From the NCBI GenBank assembly GCA_964016885.1, contig OZ024740.1, forward strand, positions 371,938,001 through 372,002,000: 64,000 nucleotides of DNA, in the 5' to 3' direction. Shown one piece after another: positions 24,877 to 37,867 of the stretch (position 1 is its first letter; the number at the start of each line of letters is the position of its first letter). Source of the stretch: Eledone cirrhosa. Taxonomy: Eukaryota. The notes under the pieces are model-generated. The model searched no databases. It was not told the origin of the DNA and saw only the letters and a program-made list of their open reading frames with translations. A program made the translations under genes and the position numbers.

Positions 24877-25438
24877 TGGAAGCCAACTCGTTTTCGAGTG
24901 AGTACGGCCACTACTTTATATCCATGTAGGATAACCCCTACCGATGCGCTGAACGAGTGTGGCTTTTTAGTCCAGCCAGCGACTTGAAACCTTTAGTACA
25001 AACACTACACTTGTGAGAATTATTGGCACACAGTGCTGGGCCCATGGTACCATGTGACGACAAGTGCAGAGAGATCTCCAGATATAAAGCAATGCCTGTG
25101 CCGTGAAGCTTTTATAGTGAGCAAAGGCACTGCACAAAGCCAGTCCCACTCTCTTAACCAAGATGATATTTACCAAAAAGAAGAACAAGTCAACATCATT
25201 GGATACCATCAGGGTTACAGGTGTTATATCAGAGTTTTCCTTCTCCTAAAATTCTGCTTTGACAAAGGCTAAGGGGTCATCTCTCCCGGTGATTTTGGAT
25301 GGCCATTGACTCTTACGAGCTCCTTTGCCCTTTGACAGGTTTTGTTTTTAGTCCTGCAGGATGTCCAAAGTCACCCTCCTCACCAAGAAACCTTGGTGGG
25401 GTTGCCAGTTTAGTCGCCAACGACTCGACCATGAGACA
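24873..25438 (-). mobile_element. Bipartite non-autonomous RTE-derived element
   Basis: Reverse complement of 35135-35744, slightly 5'-truncated. Confidence 0.9.
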
Positions 25439-25954
25439 TATATATATACATACATGCATACATACATATATAATTGCATGCATACATAGATGAATACATT
25501 TATACACACGCACATTTCAAACATATATTCAAACACACACACACACACATGAATAAATAAACGCAATGAAAGACTAAGTATACAAAATGCCTTAAAGATT
25601 TTGTTGACATTTTTCTTTCCTGTTTTTCTTCTAGAAGCCATAATGAAGTTCACAGATTCTGTATGTTTTGAGTCATTAGGCTGTTATGCTGTCGTAAAGA
25701 ACAAATCATAAAAAAAAAGAAACGTTTTGACATGTCTGCTAAGTTGTATCTATTCTTTAAACTATCTTTTACTATCAAATGTCGAAACGTAAACAACAAT
25801 GATAGCGCAATGTTAAAGACCGATGCAGATTTTAAAAATAAATCTAATACTTATGAATAAATAATATATATCGTCTAATAGCCATATATTTATGTAAACA
25901 CTTTGCGAAAGGTGGAAATCTTATGAGGGATAATTATTGCACGTACAAGCCTAA

Positions 25955-26095
25955 GAAGATGTTTGGAAAAGCTGTTCGCTTCACAATCATACGGTCTCGG
26001 GTTCAACACTACGGTGTAAAATCTTGGCCAAATGAATTGTATCATATTCCCTATTAGATCACTACCTTGTTAGTGAAATGTGGCAAACAGTTATG
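25955..26095 (+). mobile_element. Old tRNA-derived SINE head (second family)
   Basis: B-box-like gggttcaacac followed by cttggccaaatg. Related to 29330-29495 (-). Confidence 0.45.
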
Positions 26096-26837
26096 AATAA
26101 ATCATGTATGTATAGATTCACATACATATATGTCATCAGAAATACTACCAATAATATCTAGTAATAAATGTTGTCTGTATGTTGTATTTCTTACTGACAC
26201 ACGGTGGAGTTGCTTTGTACACCCATGAAGATGTTACACTCTTAGTAGTTGTCACACCCCGATCCAGTCTGTGACACACAAACAAATCAGAATGTGTCAC
26301 ATATGGGTTATCTGACACCCCTTATCGTGAGTAAAAGTTTGAGGATAGACTCAGAAAGATGGAAGCAATACTAACCAAACTAGATCAATATTTCACCATA
26401 CTATTGCTGGGAGATTTTAACCCCCTCCTCTCACGGTCAAATGGTCTGAAGGCCAACTACTGTCAGGAATGACAGGGCATGAAGAAAGACAAACACCATA
26501 CTTGCTGGACCCTACAAGCAGACTGTTCATGGAACATGCATAAACATATATCATACGTTTATATACAATAAACATAGCAGTGGCCTCACTGCCGAAGAAA
26601 AATATTTTTCGTAACGAGAGTTTATCTATATACACCTCTCTCTCTCTAATATATATATATATATATTATTTATAATGTATCATATATATAATGCATAAAT
26701 ATATAATATATATAATGCATAAATAAAGTACCAGTAATACACTGGGATAATTGCTGACCTTGTGCCAATAGAAGAAACAATTATCTATAATGCATCGAAA
26801 CTATAGGGATTTCAAAAGGTTGATTGAAGAGAAGGAT

Positions 26838-26868
<31 letters not shown>

Positions 26869-26880
26869 ATTGATCCTACT

Positions 26881-26913
<33 letters not shown>

Positions 26914-27919
26914 AATATTAGTACAGCATTGACGAAGCTTTAGTATACGGCCAAGCTAGCGTATATGGTCTGTAGCTTTAGCACTCGGATGAGGTAAGAC
27001 CCCAGACTAATAACATTACGTTCAGACAGCTTAGCAAATCAGATATAGCAGTTAGGAGTCCAACCGCATTACCAGAGCAACGAAAATACATTGACCCAGG
27101 AAAAGGTTTTATTCTGACCTGGACATAACGGTGAGGCTGAGTGTAAAATATATAACTTACATCGTATATCCACAAAATAGATCACAATATCACATCCAAC
27201 ATCAGCGCTAAGTTTCTGCAAATCCAAGATCGACAAATTCCTATTGCAGGAGTCTGCAATATAATGGTTTTTGACGACAGAACATAGGATTTACTTCTTC
27301 AGCAAGTCTTTCGTTCTTAGCCAAAGCGGGTATGTTGTAACTTTAAAGGTCGCCACAGACACGTGGTTTTCTCCAAGGGAGGTAACCCCGCTTAGGCGGT
27401 GTATTCTAAATTGAGGTAAAGGAATGAATCCACTTATACAAACCGAATAAAGCACTCGACTAGAAGTTATCAAACAAATTTAAACAATTAATCAATCAAT
27501 AGAATCATCCAATTAAATTAATCAGTTAATCGTTAATTTTTCATGTCCGGTGTGTCATGCGCACTCACAACGAGAAAAGGAAAGATAAATACCAGTCTAA
27601 TAAATCAAAACTGTAAAATAACCCGTTTTGTTATCGTTTCAGTTATATATAATTCTAAATAATTCTTGACAGAATTTTATCACCCTGTGTCGGTTGCAAT
27701 TTTAAAGATTTGTACGAATTTTAATGTTTTTCTGTTTTCCATTATACTGATTATCTTACTTTATCTTTCTTTCAATTTCATAAGAGCGCTGTAAAATTTA
27801 ACACGACATAAAAGGTCGACATAAGCATCATTTACGACTGATATTGTTAGATATTACCGGTCAAAAAGTTGTCATTCTGTCGTAAATTAACAATCGACTC
27901 TGTCTTTCCAGCCACTCAT

Positions 27920-28897
27920 TTCACTTTTCGACTTATCAGAAATATTAGCCAATATTCTCTGAATACCACGCAATAATTTGGATAATTTGGACCCGTGTTT
28001 CTTGTACATGATAAGAAGAGCTTTTTGCCTCTAAAATACGCTTGATAACAGGTCTGCTCGATCAAAAGGTAAAACAACAAAAGCAGATATATGTATACAT
28101 ATGTATATGATAATTGATGGTCTAATTTTGTGGGAGAAGCTCCAAATAAATAATTTCTTTGAAATCGAACCAGGCACAAAGCATTACATATATTGAATGA
28201 ATATTTTGTTTTGGAAGCTGTTTTGGAGGATCCTCACGCAAACTCAAGGATCCTTTTCTCACTCTGACCTAAACAATCCATTTTCCATCTCCAGTTACCA
28301 GTGGTTTCAGAAAAGGCTTATTTTCATTTCGTTTCAGAAGCATATGACACATGGAATACCGGTCCATGCAGGTTTGTTCTGACAGTTTGTGTGGTATCCA
28401 AAAATCATAGCGAGAAACATACCCAATGTTCACAAAGTGGTCGTGAACGGTATTTTGGAAATTTACAACTTCTCTGCAAGTCCTCTCGTCGTAACGTTTT
28501 CTTCAACGGTTACCTTCAGCATATTGTCATCTAACATTGAGGGTTTTCCTCAGTGACTGCAATCTTCCAAGCTGAATTAAAACCATCTGCCAACAGTTGA
28601 TTCACCTACATCATCGTCACCATAGACTCCACAAAGAATTTTACACGTTTTCGCAGCATTTTCACCATTTTTGAAGAAGAAGAAAAGCATTACTTGCCGA
28701 ATATGCAACTTTTCCTTATCCATTTCAAATGGCAATTAGATCTAAAGGAAGTAACATATATGCTGACCTTTAACGTGGAATTTAGCTAGTAGGCTTCAAT
28801 ACTGCAGGCAATTCTGAAATATGAGTCGTACAAGATTAAGATTGGTTTAAAGACAGAAATCTTGAAGACACTCAGAACTTTCTGGACAACCTGATAC
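27920..28897 (-). mobile_element. Mariner-family DNA transposon remnant with transposase pseudogene
   Basis: Putative TIR tatcaggttgtccagaaagttc at about 28897. ATG at 28723 opens MDKEKLHIRQVMLFFFKNGENAAKTCKILCGVYG; also PFLKPLVTGDGKWIV and MLCAWFDFKEIIYLELL. Confidence 0.85.
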
Positions 28898-29109
28898 ATA
28901 CACACACACAGACACATACATACAAACATACACACAAATCCACACACACATACACATACAACACACGCGCACACACACGCACACACACGCACACACACAC
29001 ATACACACATATATAAATAAATAAAAATACATACATAAAAACGCACGTACGCACACAAACAGATACACTTAGAAAAATACATCTCTCTGCCAAAACTATA
29101 CTTTTGTGA

Positions 29110-29495
29110 TAATGTGCTAGTTCTAGCCTATGTTTTATCCTTTTACAATATTTAATCTGCGCCCATGCTAGGATACCACCTTAAAGGGATTTAGTAGAGA
29201 GTATAGACACATTAGAGTCTGGTACATATTTTAATGATCATTCTTTTGTCGAGACGCTAAGCAACAAAGATAGTGACACAAAATACATATATATACACGG
29301 AGATAACGACAGATACATGCAGAAATATATGTATACGACCTGTGTTTGCAGTTCTCGGCTACCAAAGGTTTTTTTTTTTATAAGGAATTGGTATATTGCA
29401 GGCACTAGTTGCAGCCACTTGCCAATGTGTTACGCAGTGTGTTACGCATGTGTTACGCAATGTGTTACGCAGTGTGAGTGAACTCAAAACAACTT
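29110..29495 (-). mobile_element. Old composite SINE (second family)
   Basis: Degenerate head near 29480 (tgaactc, cacttgcc) and a body with ctggtac..cttttgtcga..cgctaag. Confidence 0.45.
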
Positions 29496-29622
29496 GCGCC
29501 AATATATATTAGTAAAAAGGAAAAGCAAATACTGACGAATTTTTCCCAGGGAAAAATAGTTTAATTAGGAATAAGTATAAATTAGTAATAAGTATTAGTT
29601 AGTATTCAGTTTTAGTTTTAAG

Positions 29623-29660
29623 TTTTTACCGGTTGCGCATTTCTTATGCTTTTCAAAAAT
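29623..29660 (-). ncRNA. Degenerate U3-A8 hammerhead, family of 24624-24661
   Basis: ttt-TTGAAAA-gcat-aagaa-atgc-GCAA-ccgg-TA-aaa; stems differ compensatorily from the 24.6 kb copy. Confidence 0.55.
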
Positions 29661-29696
29661 AATTTTGAGATAGAGTGCTCGTGATTTTTGCTCTAA

Positions 29697-29732
<36 letters not shown>

Positions 29733-29736
<4 letters not shown>

Positions 29737-29897
29737 GGGAAAAGAATGACTTCACTTGTGGTTCTAAACAATTTAATTTAATTTCATAATATAGTTTTAC
29801 AATTTGATTTGTTAGATCTAGTAAGTTCTTTGTTAACTTCAGTGGCGAGATTTTTTAAAGATTCTTGGTTAATTTTCCTGAAGGACTTTCTCGCATA
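29733..29897 (-). repeat. Dispersed repeat, reverse-complement copy of 36545-36710 (probable PLE terminus)
   Basis: Shared gaagttaacaaagaacttactagatcta..aattaaattgtttagaac..aagtgaagtca. Confidence 0.75.
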
Positions 29898-29949
29898 AAA
29901 GCACATACAATTACATACATACATGCATACATATATATATATATGTATG

Positions 29950-30300
29950 TTCAGTGTATACTGATTAATGTTCAGAGCCATCCTCAGCATTCTCGTGTAG
30001 CACCCACCCACCATCTGAGCTGTATGGGAGCCTCCCAAAAGTCAGCTCAAAAGAGACGCAGAGGAGACTGAGGTTGGCTGGACATGCTCACCGACATCCA
30101 GAGTTGACACTGCACTCAGTGCTCCTATGGGAGCCCCTGCATGGATACACTGGAAGAGGAAAACCAAGGTTAACATATGTTGATGCCATAAGGACAGACA
30201 CTAGTCTGTTGGGGACGCAGGACATGGCAGCGATAATGAGGGACAGAGACCGCTGGAGAGAACTCGTTCATCTCCATGGATCTCGGGAATTTTACCCGCC
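29950..30300. pseudogene. RTE-X 3' fragment with short 5' inversion
   Basis: Minus 29950-30013 reads GCYTRMLRMALNINQY. Plus 30014-30290 reads ELYGSLPKVS..RRLRLAGHAHRH..RGKPRLTYVD..DRDRWR. Confidence 0.85.
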
Positions 30301-30334
30301 CTATATATATATATATACATATATATATGTGTGT

Positions 30335-30460
<126 letters not shown>

Positions 30461-31949
30461 CTGTATGTGTGTGTATAAAATTCATTAGTGTGGGGTACAT
30501 TTATTAAGTAACGTGGAATTAGTGTTCATATGAACCGATGTACTATACAATTCTCAGATAATACATATGAAATTACAATATGTATATCCATCTGTACTTA
30601 GTAGCCATGTTTCTTGACGAAAAATATTTGAAGTGCTTTATAATGTGGCGAGAAACATATAAAGTGCTTTATATTGTGGAGAGAAACATCTGCAAAGTCA
30701 GAATGAATTACAACGAAAGAATTGATTCACGAGGAGGGAAAATATTTCTCAATCATGCAAGAACTAGAAGAGCGGTGTGAGAGCGGTGTGCCTCCATCCA
30801 ATACATATATGTGACAAGAAAATATAGTTTTACTATAGTAGTGAAAGAAAATACGATGAATATTGATAGATATGTATAGTTCTACTGAGAATTGAAAGAA
30901 ATGAAAAAAGGCCAATATCGGCTTCTGCTCATCATATTCAAAAACATAGTTACATTTTTCTCTCTATTTCCGAGGGTATTAAGCAAGTTATGCATTTCTA
31001 AATTCTTTCCCCATTCATTCCATAATGATTGTGTTCAGTCATGTGATAGAATTGAAGTTGCGGTTCTTAAATGCTAACAAACCTTTCGAGTCTGCGATTT
31101 AAAGCACGCATGTTAGTTCACCGATTATTTCAATGAAAAGGACAAGGTAACGTATATTTAAAACGTATATTTAAAAAAAAATGATAGGTATTTCTTTCTA
31201 TTGTTAACATATAGCTGTAAAACTTTAATGCTATGGTGCAGTCATAGAATTACAGTTTTAAGCAGCAATTGTGTCGTTTCATGAGAACACTTTTATTACA
31301 TCTGGAATTGAAAGACAACCAGTATTCATTGGATTGTATAAATGGAAGATGTTAGGTAAAATCGCAGTTCTTGTAACGTTTGATGGAGACTGCAATGTAT
31401 TTTTCGAAAAGGCGCATGTACGCGACCCTTGTTATCCCACGCGAAGTACGATGCGGTATGGATGCCTTCACTCGTCCCGCATGAACCCGGTTATATCGCA
31501 ACTTACCATTACATCTAGTAGCAGTATCACTATCCGCCTCTTTTGACCGAAGAGCAATGATCTTTTGATAAGATTATTTCATCAATTTTACGATGACGCT
31601 ATAACTGACAAACCTGTCAATTTTGTTCACATTTACTATGTACAAGAAACACTTCTCAGAAGCCATTGTGTTTTATTCTATCTCTCATCATCACGGACAC
31701 AAGTTGTCTAGTCTTCGAAAACGAAATGTCACATTGAATAATGTGGTTAGAGATACACTGTATTTCAATCACATTTCTATGAAGTGCAGCGACTTTGTTT
31801 CTATCAAATACCGAATGTGATGGAAACTGTTGTAAGAAATCATCTTGCTTGTGTTTAATCTCATTCAACTTAGTAACCATGGATTTTCATAAAATGAGAC
31901 TTCTATGAGATTTCCTCGAGGTTAGGTATCAGTAATTTATCACTATTTA

Positions 31950-33850
31950 GAATAAGATAGCCTCCAACGTTGTTTGCTGTACTCGTAGCTAAACCTTTGA
32001 TCTTTGTTCATGTATTTCATGTTTTTGTAGTTTGCTACCCTGATAACCATTCAGAACATTTGATTACATTCTATCGGCCCTGGCGCTGTCATAGAATATG
32101 GCTTCCACATATTTCATTCTGTAAATTGATGCGTGTAAGTAAACACACTCCTACACAATACTTCTTAATATTCTGAATGAAAGTTTTATAATAGGGAATC
32201 TAGAAGCCTTGCCTTGAAATATGCCAAAATAGTTCTTCAAAATCATGAATAGACATAAAACATGTCAATTAAACAGTTTCGTTGGAACCACTACATAGGG
32301 ATAACACAACTAAATCTTCCATATTGCTACAAATGAAAGGTTTCACAACTTTCAATGGTCTACAAATATTTCAGTCTCATTACTTACTACCGACATTCAT
32401 GTATTGTTAGGATATCTGAGAGTGTGAAGCACAAACATAAACATTGAAGGTCACAGCCATAAGATAATTGTGATTTAGTCAATCACCAACATCACAGACA
32501 CACAGAAGCGCACTTAATTTATTACTACTTCTTTTACTGGGACTACAACAAGAAGCAGTTTTTCCTAAACTAGAAAGCAGTAAAACCATCTTCTCGTCAC
32601 TATGTCTCCTTTCTCAAATCTTTCAACATTTTATACAGTCATTCCTTCCCAGCGATCCCACTGTATTGAATTCTTGTAGACATTGACTTACGAATGTTCT
32701 AACTAAATATTAATTGCACTTTCCTTATCAGTTTTGATTTGGATTGCAAGGTTTATTGAGCTTTTTTCTTTGGAGTAACTATTGAAAGATATGTCCAGAG
32801 GATAGGCCAGGCGTACAATATTTAAATGGATTCCTTTATATTCTGGTGAAGGTTCGTTTAACACGAATATACGTAGTCAATACAATTTATACCTAATAAC
32901 TTTTTATATTAGTGACCTTCCTGAATTCTCTTCTCGGGTGTTGATCTATTTATCAATCAGAAATAGCAGTATATTACATCTAATCACATGCTATAAAATA
33001 ACCTACCCACATGTATTTCATAGTTCAACAGAGTTATTGGCATTAATAGCAGCTATAGCCTCTTTTCTTGTTTATATTCACCGTTACATGACTTCATGAG
33101 AAAAGTTAATATCCTCTGTAGTATCTGAATAAAGGAGTTACAGTAAAGAATTGATCCAACATATAGCACTATAAGGAAAGGTATCGAAGATGTATATTCC
33201 ATTAACTGTTCCTATATTCATTGCCAAAATATCTAACTCTCATTTTATATCACTGTAAATGAATAGTAATCTTAAAGATGCTGTAAGAAAGAACACTAAA
33301 TAATTGAAAATTGTTTCATCAGTTTCCCATCCACACATTTAGTTATCTATGGTAATATTCACACCGCAAACCGCAACACACTCTCAATTCAATCATCCTC
33401 CTAATTGAAGAAAACTTAGCTAAACAACTATATATACAGTAAAGGTATTTTTAAGGTCAATCGATATTCTTGTAAGTTTTGCAAACATTGTTTCAAAAAT
33501 GGATGACCTTAAATGAAAATAAAGAAAGCCTTGATCGTAAATCTAATGGTCTTAAGATTAAATTCTATGTTAAATTCAGCGTTCTCAATCTCCACTAAAT
33601 AGTTCTAATTTATTTTTATGGTTACATTTTGTCATTTTAAATATATATGTAAAAGAAGTTATCTAAATATTGGACACTTCAACGCAAATGATATCTTGGT
33701 CTTCAAACCAGATCGTAGTGCACTACACCTATCAATCAATAAATGTATTTTGTTTTTACTTTATCTTTTGGCATGTGTCCTTCTAGGAAATTTCCTTTTT
33801 CCTTGACCTGTGTGACATTTTGTGTAAGATTTTGTAAACAGTAAAAATAA
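31950..33850 (-). pseudogene. Very old CR1/L2-like LINE remnant
   Basis: Faint GIFQG..LDSL-like and KYVEA (YADD-position) motifs near 32100-32230. Extent uncertain. Confidence 0.3.
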
Positions 33851-34711
33851 GCTGATATTATTTGACACTGACGTGGAGATTACGATCTATTTTAATAATT
33901 AAAGTACAAAAAGATAAATAAAAAGAAAGTATAAGATAAAAATAAAGTAACATTGGTTAGTTACTCAGGAAACAACTATTCAAACATAATGTTTAGATTA
34001 ATTCCAATAAAAGGGAACTAAGGATATTATTTTATTCAGTGTTAACAAGTAACAGAACCCTAACTAAACAATAATTATTCGATGGTTAAATAGTGATTTT
34101 TCTTGCTGTAATACCCCTTTATATTGTTATAACCATATACGTCTTGATAACTTTCGTATTGTAAATATTAAGTAGGAATAATAATTATAGATTTAAAATG
34201 TTCAACGCCAAAAGTCTTAAAAGGCGATTGAAGTACAGGAGAAATTGTGGCATACCAACTCCGACAGCTATTAAAAACTGATATATTTGTGCTTTCCAAT
34301 GCCATAGTAATAGCCAAGCACTATAAATAAAGTATCCCTGGAGTCGGAAAAAGTGGCCAGGACTGCCCACAAAGAGACGCATACATTTCAAATTTCAAAT
34401 TTCACAAATGCTTCTCAAGCAATCGCTTTGTTTGCACACACGCACGCAAACGCACACACAATCAAACACACACACACATGTAAACGGTAAATATTTATAT
34501 ATATAAGTTCGAAATGCATCGACGATTTCCCCCTTGCTTCCACTGGACACCACCACAGGGTGATAGTCTCCCCCCGGGGGGGGGGGGGGTTGCATTGCTA
34601 CGGCTTTCCATAATGTTTATCTATAAACATACCGTGTTCCTTTAGAAATACGAAATTCCAATAAATATCTGTATACAGCTATGCTTGAAGGTAAATTCTA
34701 ATTCTCTCCCC

Positions 34712-34841
<130 letters not shown>

Positions 34842-34877
34842 ATATGTATGTACATATGTATGTATATATGTATATGG

Positions 34878-35110
34878 GATAACTCCGATATAAAACCTGC
34901 GGCTCAGTAGTTACCGATGATGTTGATCTTTTCTTCTTTTCGGGTTATAGCTACTGTCGCTCAGAGAGTGGGATTGGCTCAGTGCACAGTCTTTCGTCAC
35001 TTTAAAAAATATCTTCACGCACAGGCATTGCACGATAGAATTAACTAATTATTATTAATAATGGTATATCGTGCAATGGCCATACTTGATAACGAGGGGG
35101 CAGCTATCAT
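34878..35110 (+). mobile_element. Divergent subfamily of the bipartite RTE-derived element
   Basis: Shares gatgttga..ttcttctttt, gagagtggga.tggct, cacaggcattgc and a 3' ggcc.tact.ga.aacgag..ggcagc with 35135-35744. Confidence 0.7.
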
Positions 35111-35134
35111 ATATGTATATATATATATATATTA

Positions 35135-35744
35135 TGTCAGGTCACCAGTCGGTGCTACTAGTAACATGTATCCCAGTACAACCTGCCCTATGGTCGGGTC
35201 GTTGGCGACTAAACTGGCAACCCCACCAAGGTTTCTTGGTGAGGAGGGTGACTTTGGACATCCTGCAGGACTAAAAACAAAACCTGTCAAAGGGCAAAGG
35301 AGCTCTTAAGAGTCAATGGCCATCCAAAATCACCGGGAGAGATAACCCCTTAGCCTTTGTCAAGGTAGAATTCTAGGAGAAGGAAAACTCTGATATAACA
35401 CCTGCAACCCTGATGGTATCCAATGATGTTGACTTGTTCTTCTTTTTGGTAAATATCATCTTGTTTAAGAGAGTGGGACTGGCTTTGTGCAGTGCCTTTG
35501 CTCACTATAAAAGCTTCACAGCACAGGCATTGCTTTATATCTGGATATCTCTTTGCACTTGTCGTCACATGGTACCATGGGCCCAGCACTATGTGTCAAT
35601 AATTGTCACAAGTGTAGTGTTTGTACCAGAGTTTTCAAGTCGCTGGCTGGACTAAAAAGTCACTCTTGTTCAGCGCATCGGTAGGGGTTCTCCTACATGG
35701 ATATAAAGCAGTGGCCGTACTCGAAAACGAGTTGGCAGCCACCA
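35135..35744 (+). mobile_element. Bipartite non-autonomous RTE-derived element (about 610 bp)
   Basis: RTE 5'UTR motif ctaggagaaggaaaactctga. 3' part encodes CSVCTRVFKSLAGLKSHSCSAHR* (RTE C-terminal C2H2). (TA)n tail. Confidence 0.9.
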
Positions 35745-35770
35745 TATATATATATATATATATACATATG

Positions 35771-35875
<105 letters not shown>

Positions 35876-37075
35876 ATGGTGTGTATGGTGTGTATGCATA
35901 TGTAAGTATATGTGTCAGTGCATGTTCATGTGTAAACATATGGGTATGTTTGAACTAGAATATGTATATGGGCTGTATGTATGTTTATATGTAGCAAAGC
36001 AAATATGTGAGCTAGCATGATCCCGCCACCTCCCCTCCCAAACCAATATCAACAACCTACATTTCAATCAAAAGATATTCCAAAACTAACCTTATTTTTC
36101 TCTTTGCTGTCATCCCCTTTTTAGCAAATGACATGTATCTTACGCCTCATTACCCCCCCCCCCCCCCAAAAAAAAAACACACACCCAAATTCATCTTTAA
36201 CATAGAAAATTGTTGAAGTTTTTCTTTATAAATGTAAGATAACTTTATTCAGCTATAAGAAAAGAATTTGAAAAGCATCTGGCCATTATATTTTATTCAC
36301 CAAATGTTGTCTATTAAAATGGAACCAGCAGGAGAGCACTTTCACAAACCTTTCTAAAACACTCCTCAAACACTCCAACACCTTCTAACTCCTCTCTCAA
36401 TCAATTATCTTGCTTTTACCATTCACTATTTTCTTTCAGCTCTTGTGTGTATATATCTGATTTAATTCCTTTAAATCTTCATCAACACTACTACATTCCC
36501 ACAGCCATTAACACCACCCCACACACACACAAATCTCTTATATATAGAGTCACACCTGACGAATGCGAGAAAGTTAACCAGGGTTCTTTAAAGACCCCAC
36601 CGAAGTTAACAAAGAACTTACTAGATCTACAAAATCAAATTATATAATTATAATATTATAAAATTAAATTGTTTAGAACTATAAGTGAAGTCAGTTTTCC
36701 TTTAAAAATAAAAAAAAATATATATATATATAAATAGAGAGATAGATAGATAGATAGAAAAAGGGAGAGAGATGTGTGTAAGAGTGCATATGAATACTAT
36801 CCAAAAATTTAAGTGTGTAGACTAGAAATCTTCAATACATGTCTGGCGCCCATGACATTAGAAAATCAGTACATAGTGGTATATATCATCGTCATCTATA
36901 TGTGTAACACCATTTAAACAATTCCATCTTTTATAATTATACTGTGAAACGGAGCGTGTCCGAAAATTACATTTATGGTATACAAACCTTTCATCTAGTT
37001 TAATAAAGCTCTCAATAGATAACAACATTGAGTTATGTTATAATAATTTTACTTCTTATGATGTATTCCTTCAAT

Positions 37076-37295
37076 TGGCAGGGGATTTGCAGAGTTGTTA
37101 GTGCATCGGGCAATTGCTTCACAATATTTGCCCAGACTATTTACGTTCTGAGTTCAAATCCCACCGAGGCAAAGTTTGTCTTTCATCTTTTTTGAAGTCA
37201 ATAAAACTAAAGAACTATAGAAGTACTGGGGTCGATATAATCGAATTCTCCACCCCATACATTGCTGATCATGTGTCTAAATTAGAAATCATTAT
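37076..37295 (+). mobile_element. Older SINE copy (long subfamily)
   Basis: ttacgttctgagttcaaatcccaccgagg..agtactggggtcgatataatcga..tagaaatcattat. Confidence 0.75.
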
Positions 37296-37819
37296 GTATA
37301 CCTAGTAGAATATAAACTTTGTTCCTATCACGTGGAATACAGCTATGCCATAATCCTCTTTATTTTGAAATACTTTGTTTATTAAATCTATTTCATATTC
37401 TGTATTCGCCCACGCGTTTGCTTTGACTCCAAATCATTTTCTAAAAGAATGTATGTTTTCAGATATCCACTGCTACGAAAATTTGTATTAGCCTCATAGT
37501 TGGCTGTGATGAATAATTTCCCCTCGAATGCACGAAGTCTTAACTTTATATATGGATATGAGAAATATCACTGTAAGTTATGCATCTTAGATGTACTATT
37601 TGGATAGTTGGCTCCAAATATCTGAAAGTGCAAATTGAAACCGGCTCGCTGCTACAGATCGAGAAGCATTCACCTGACGTTTTATAATCTAACTTGAAAA
37701 CCCATTGTCTACATGAAAAGAAACAAAGCATTCTTGCATCCCAATAAATATATTTGCTTTTAACCTGTATCAAAACAATTCAAACTAACAACTATCTCTA
37801 GATATATACACACCCATCT

Positions 37820-37867
<48 letters not shown>

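Noticed and set aside
24967-25272. Recurring 79-80 aa ORFs (MVSNDVDL.., MLGPWYHV..)
   Set aside because: They recur only because the non-coding repeat is young; no recognisable domain.
26922-26975. Hammerhead-like TTGACGA..CAAG..GTC
   Set aside because: Needs several core substitutions and has no second copy in the window.
30500-31900. Possible DNA transposon or host exon
   Set aside because: No recognisable motif or supported splice pattern.
35135-35222. HDV-like ribozyme at the 5' end of the bipartite RTE element
   Set aside because: ccagt/actgg, gg-tcg..cga and CTAA are suggestive, and RTEs can carry such ribozymes, but P1 and P3 could not be closed by eye.
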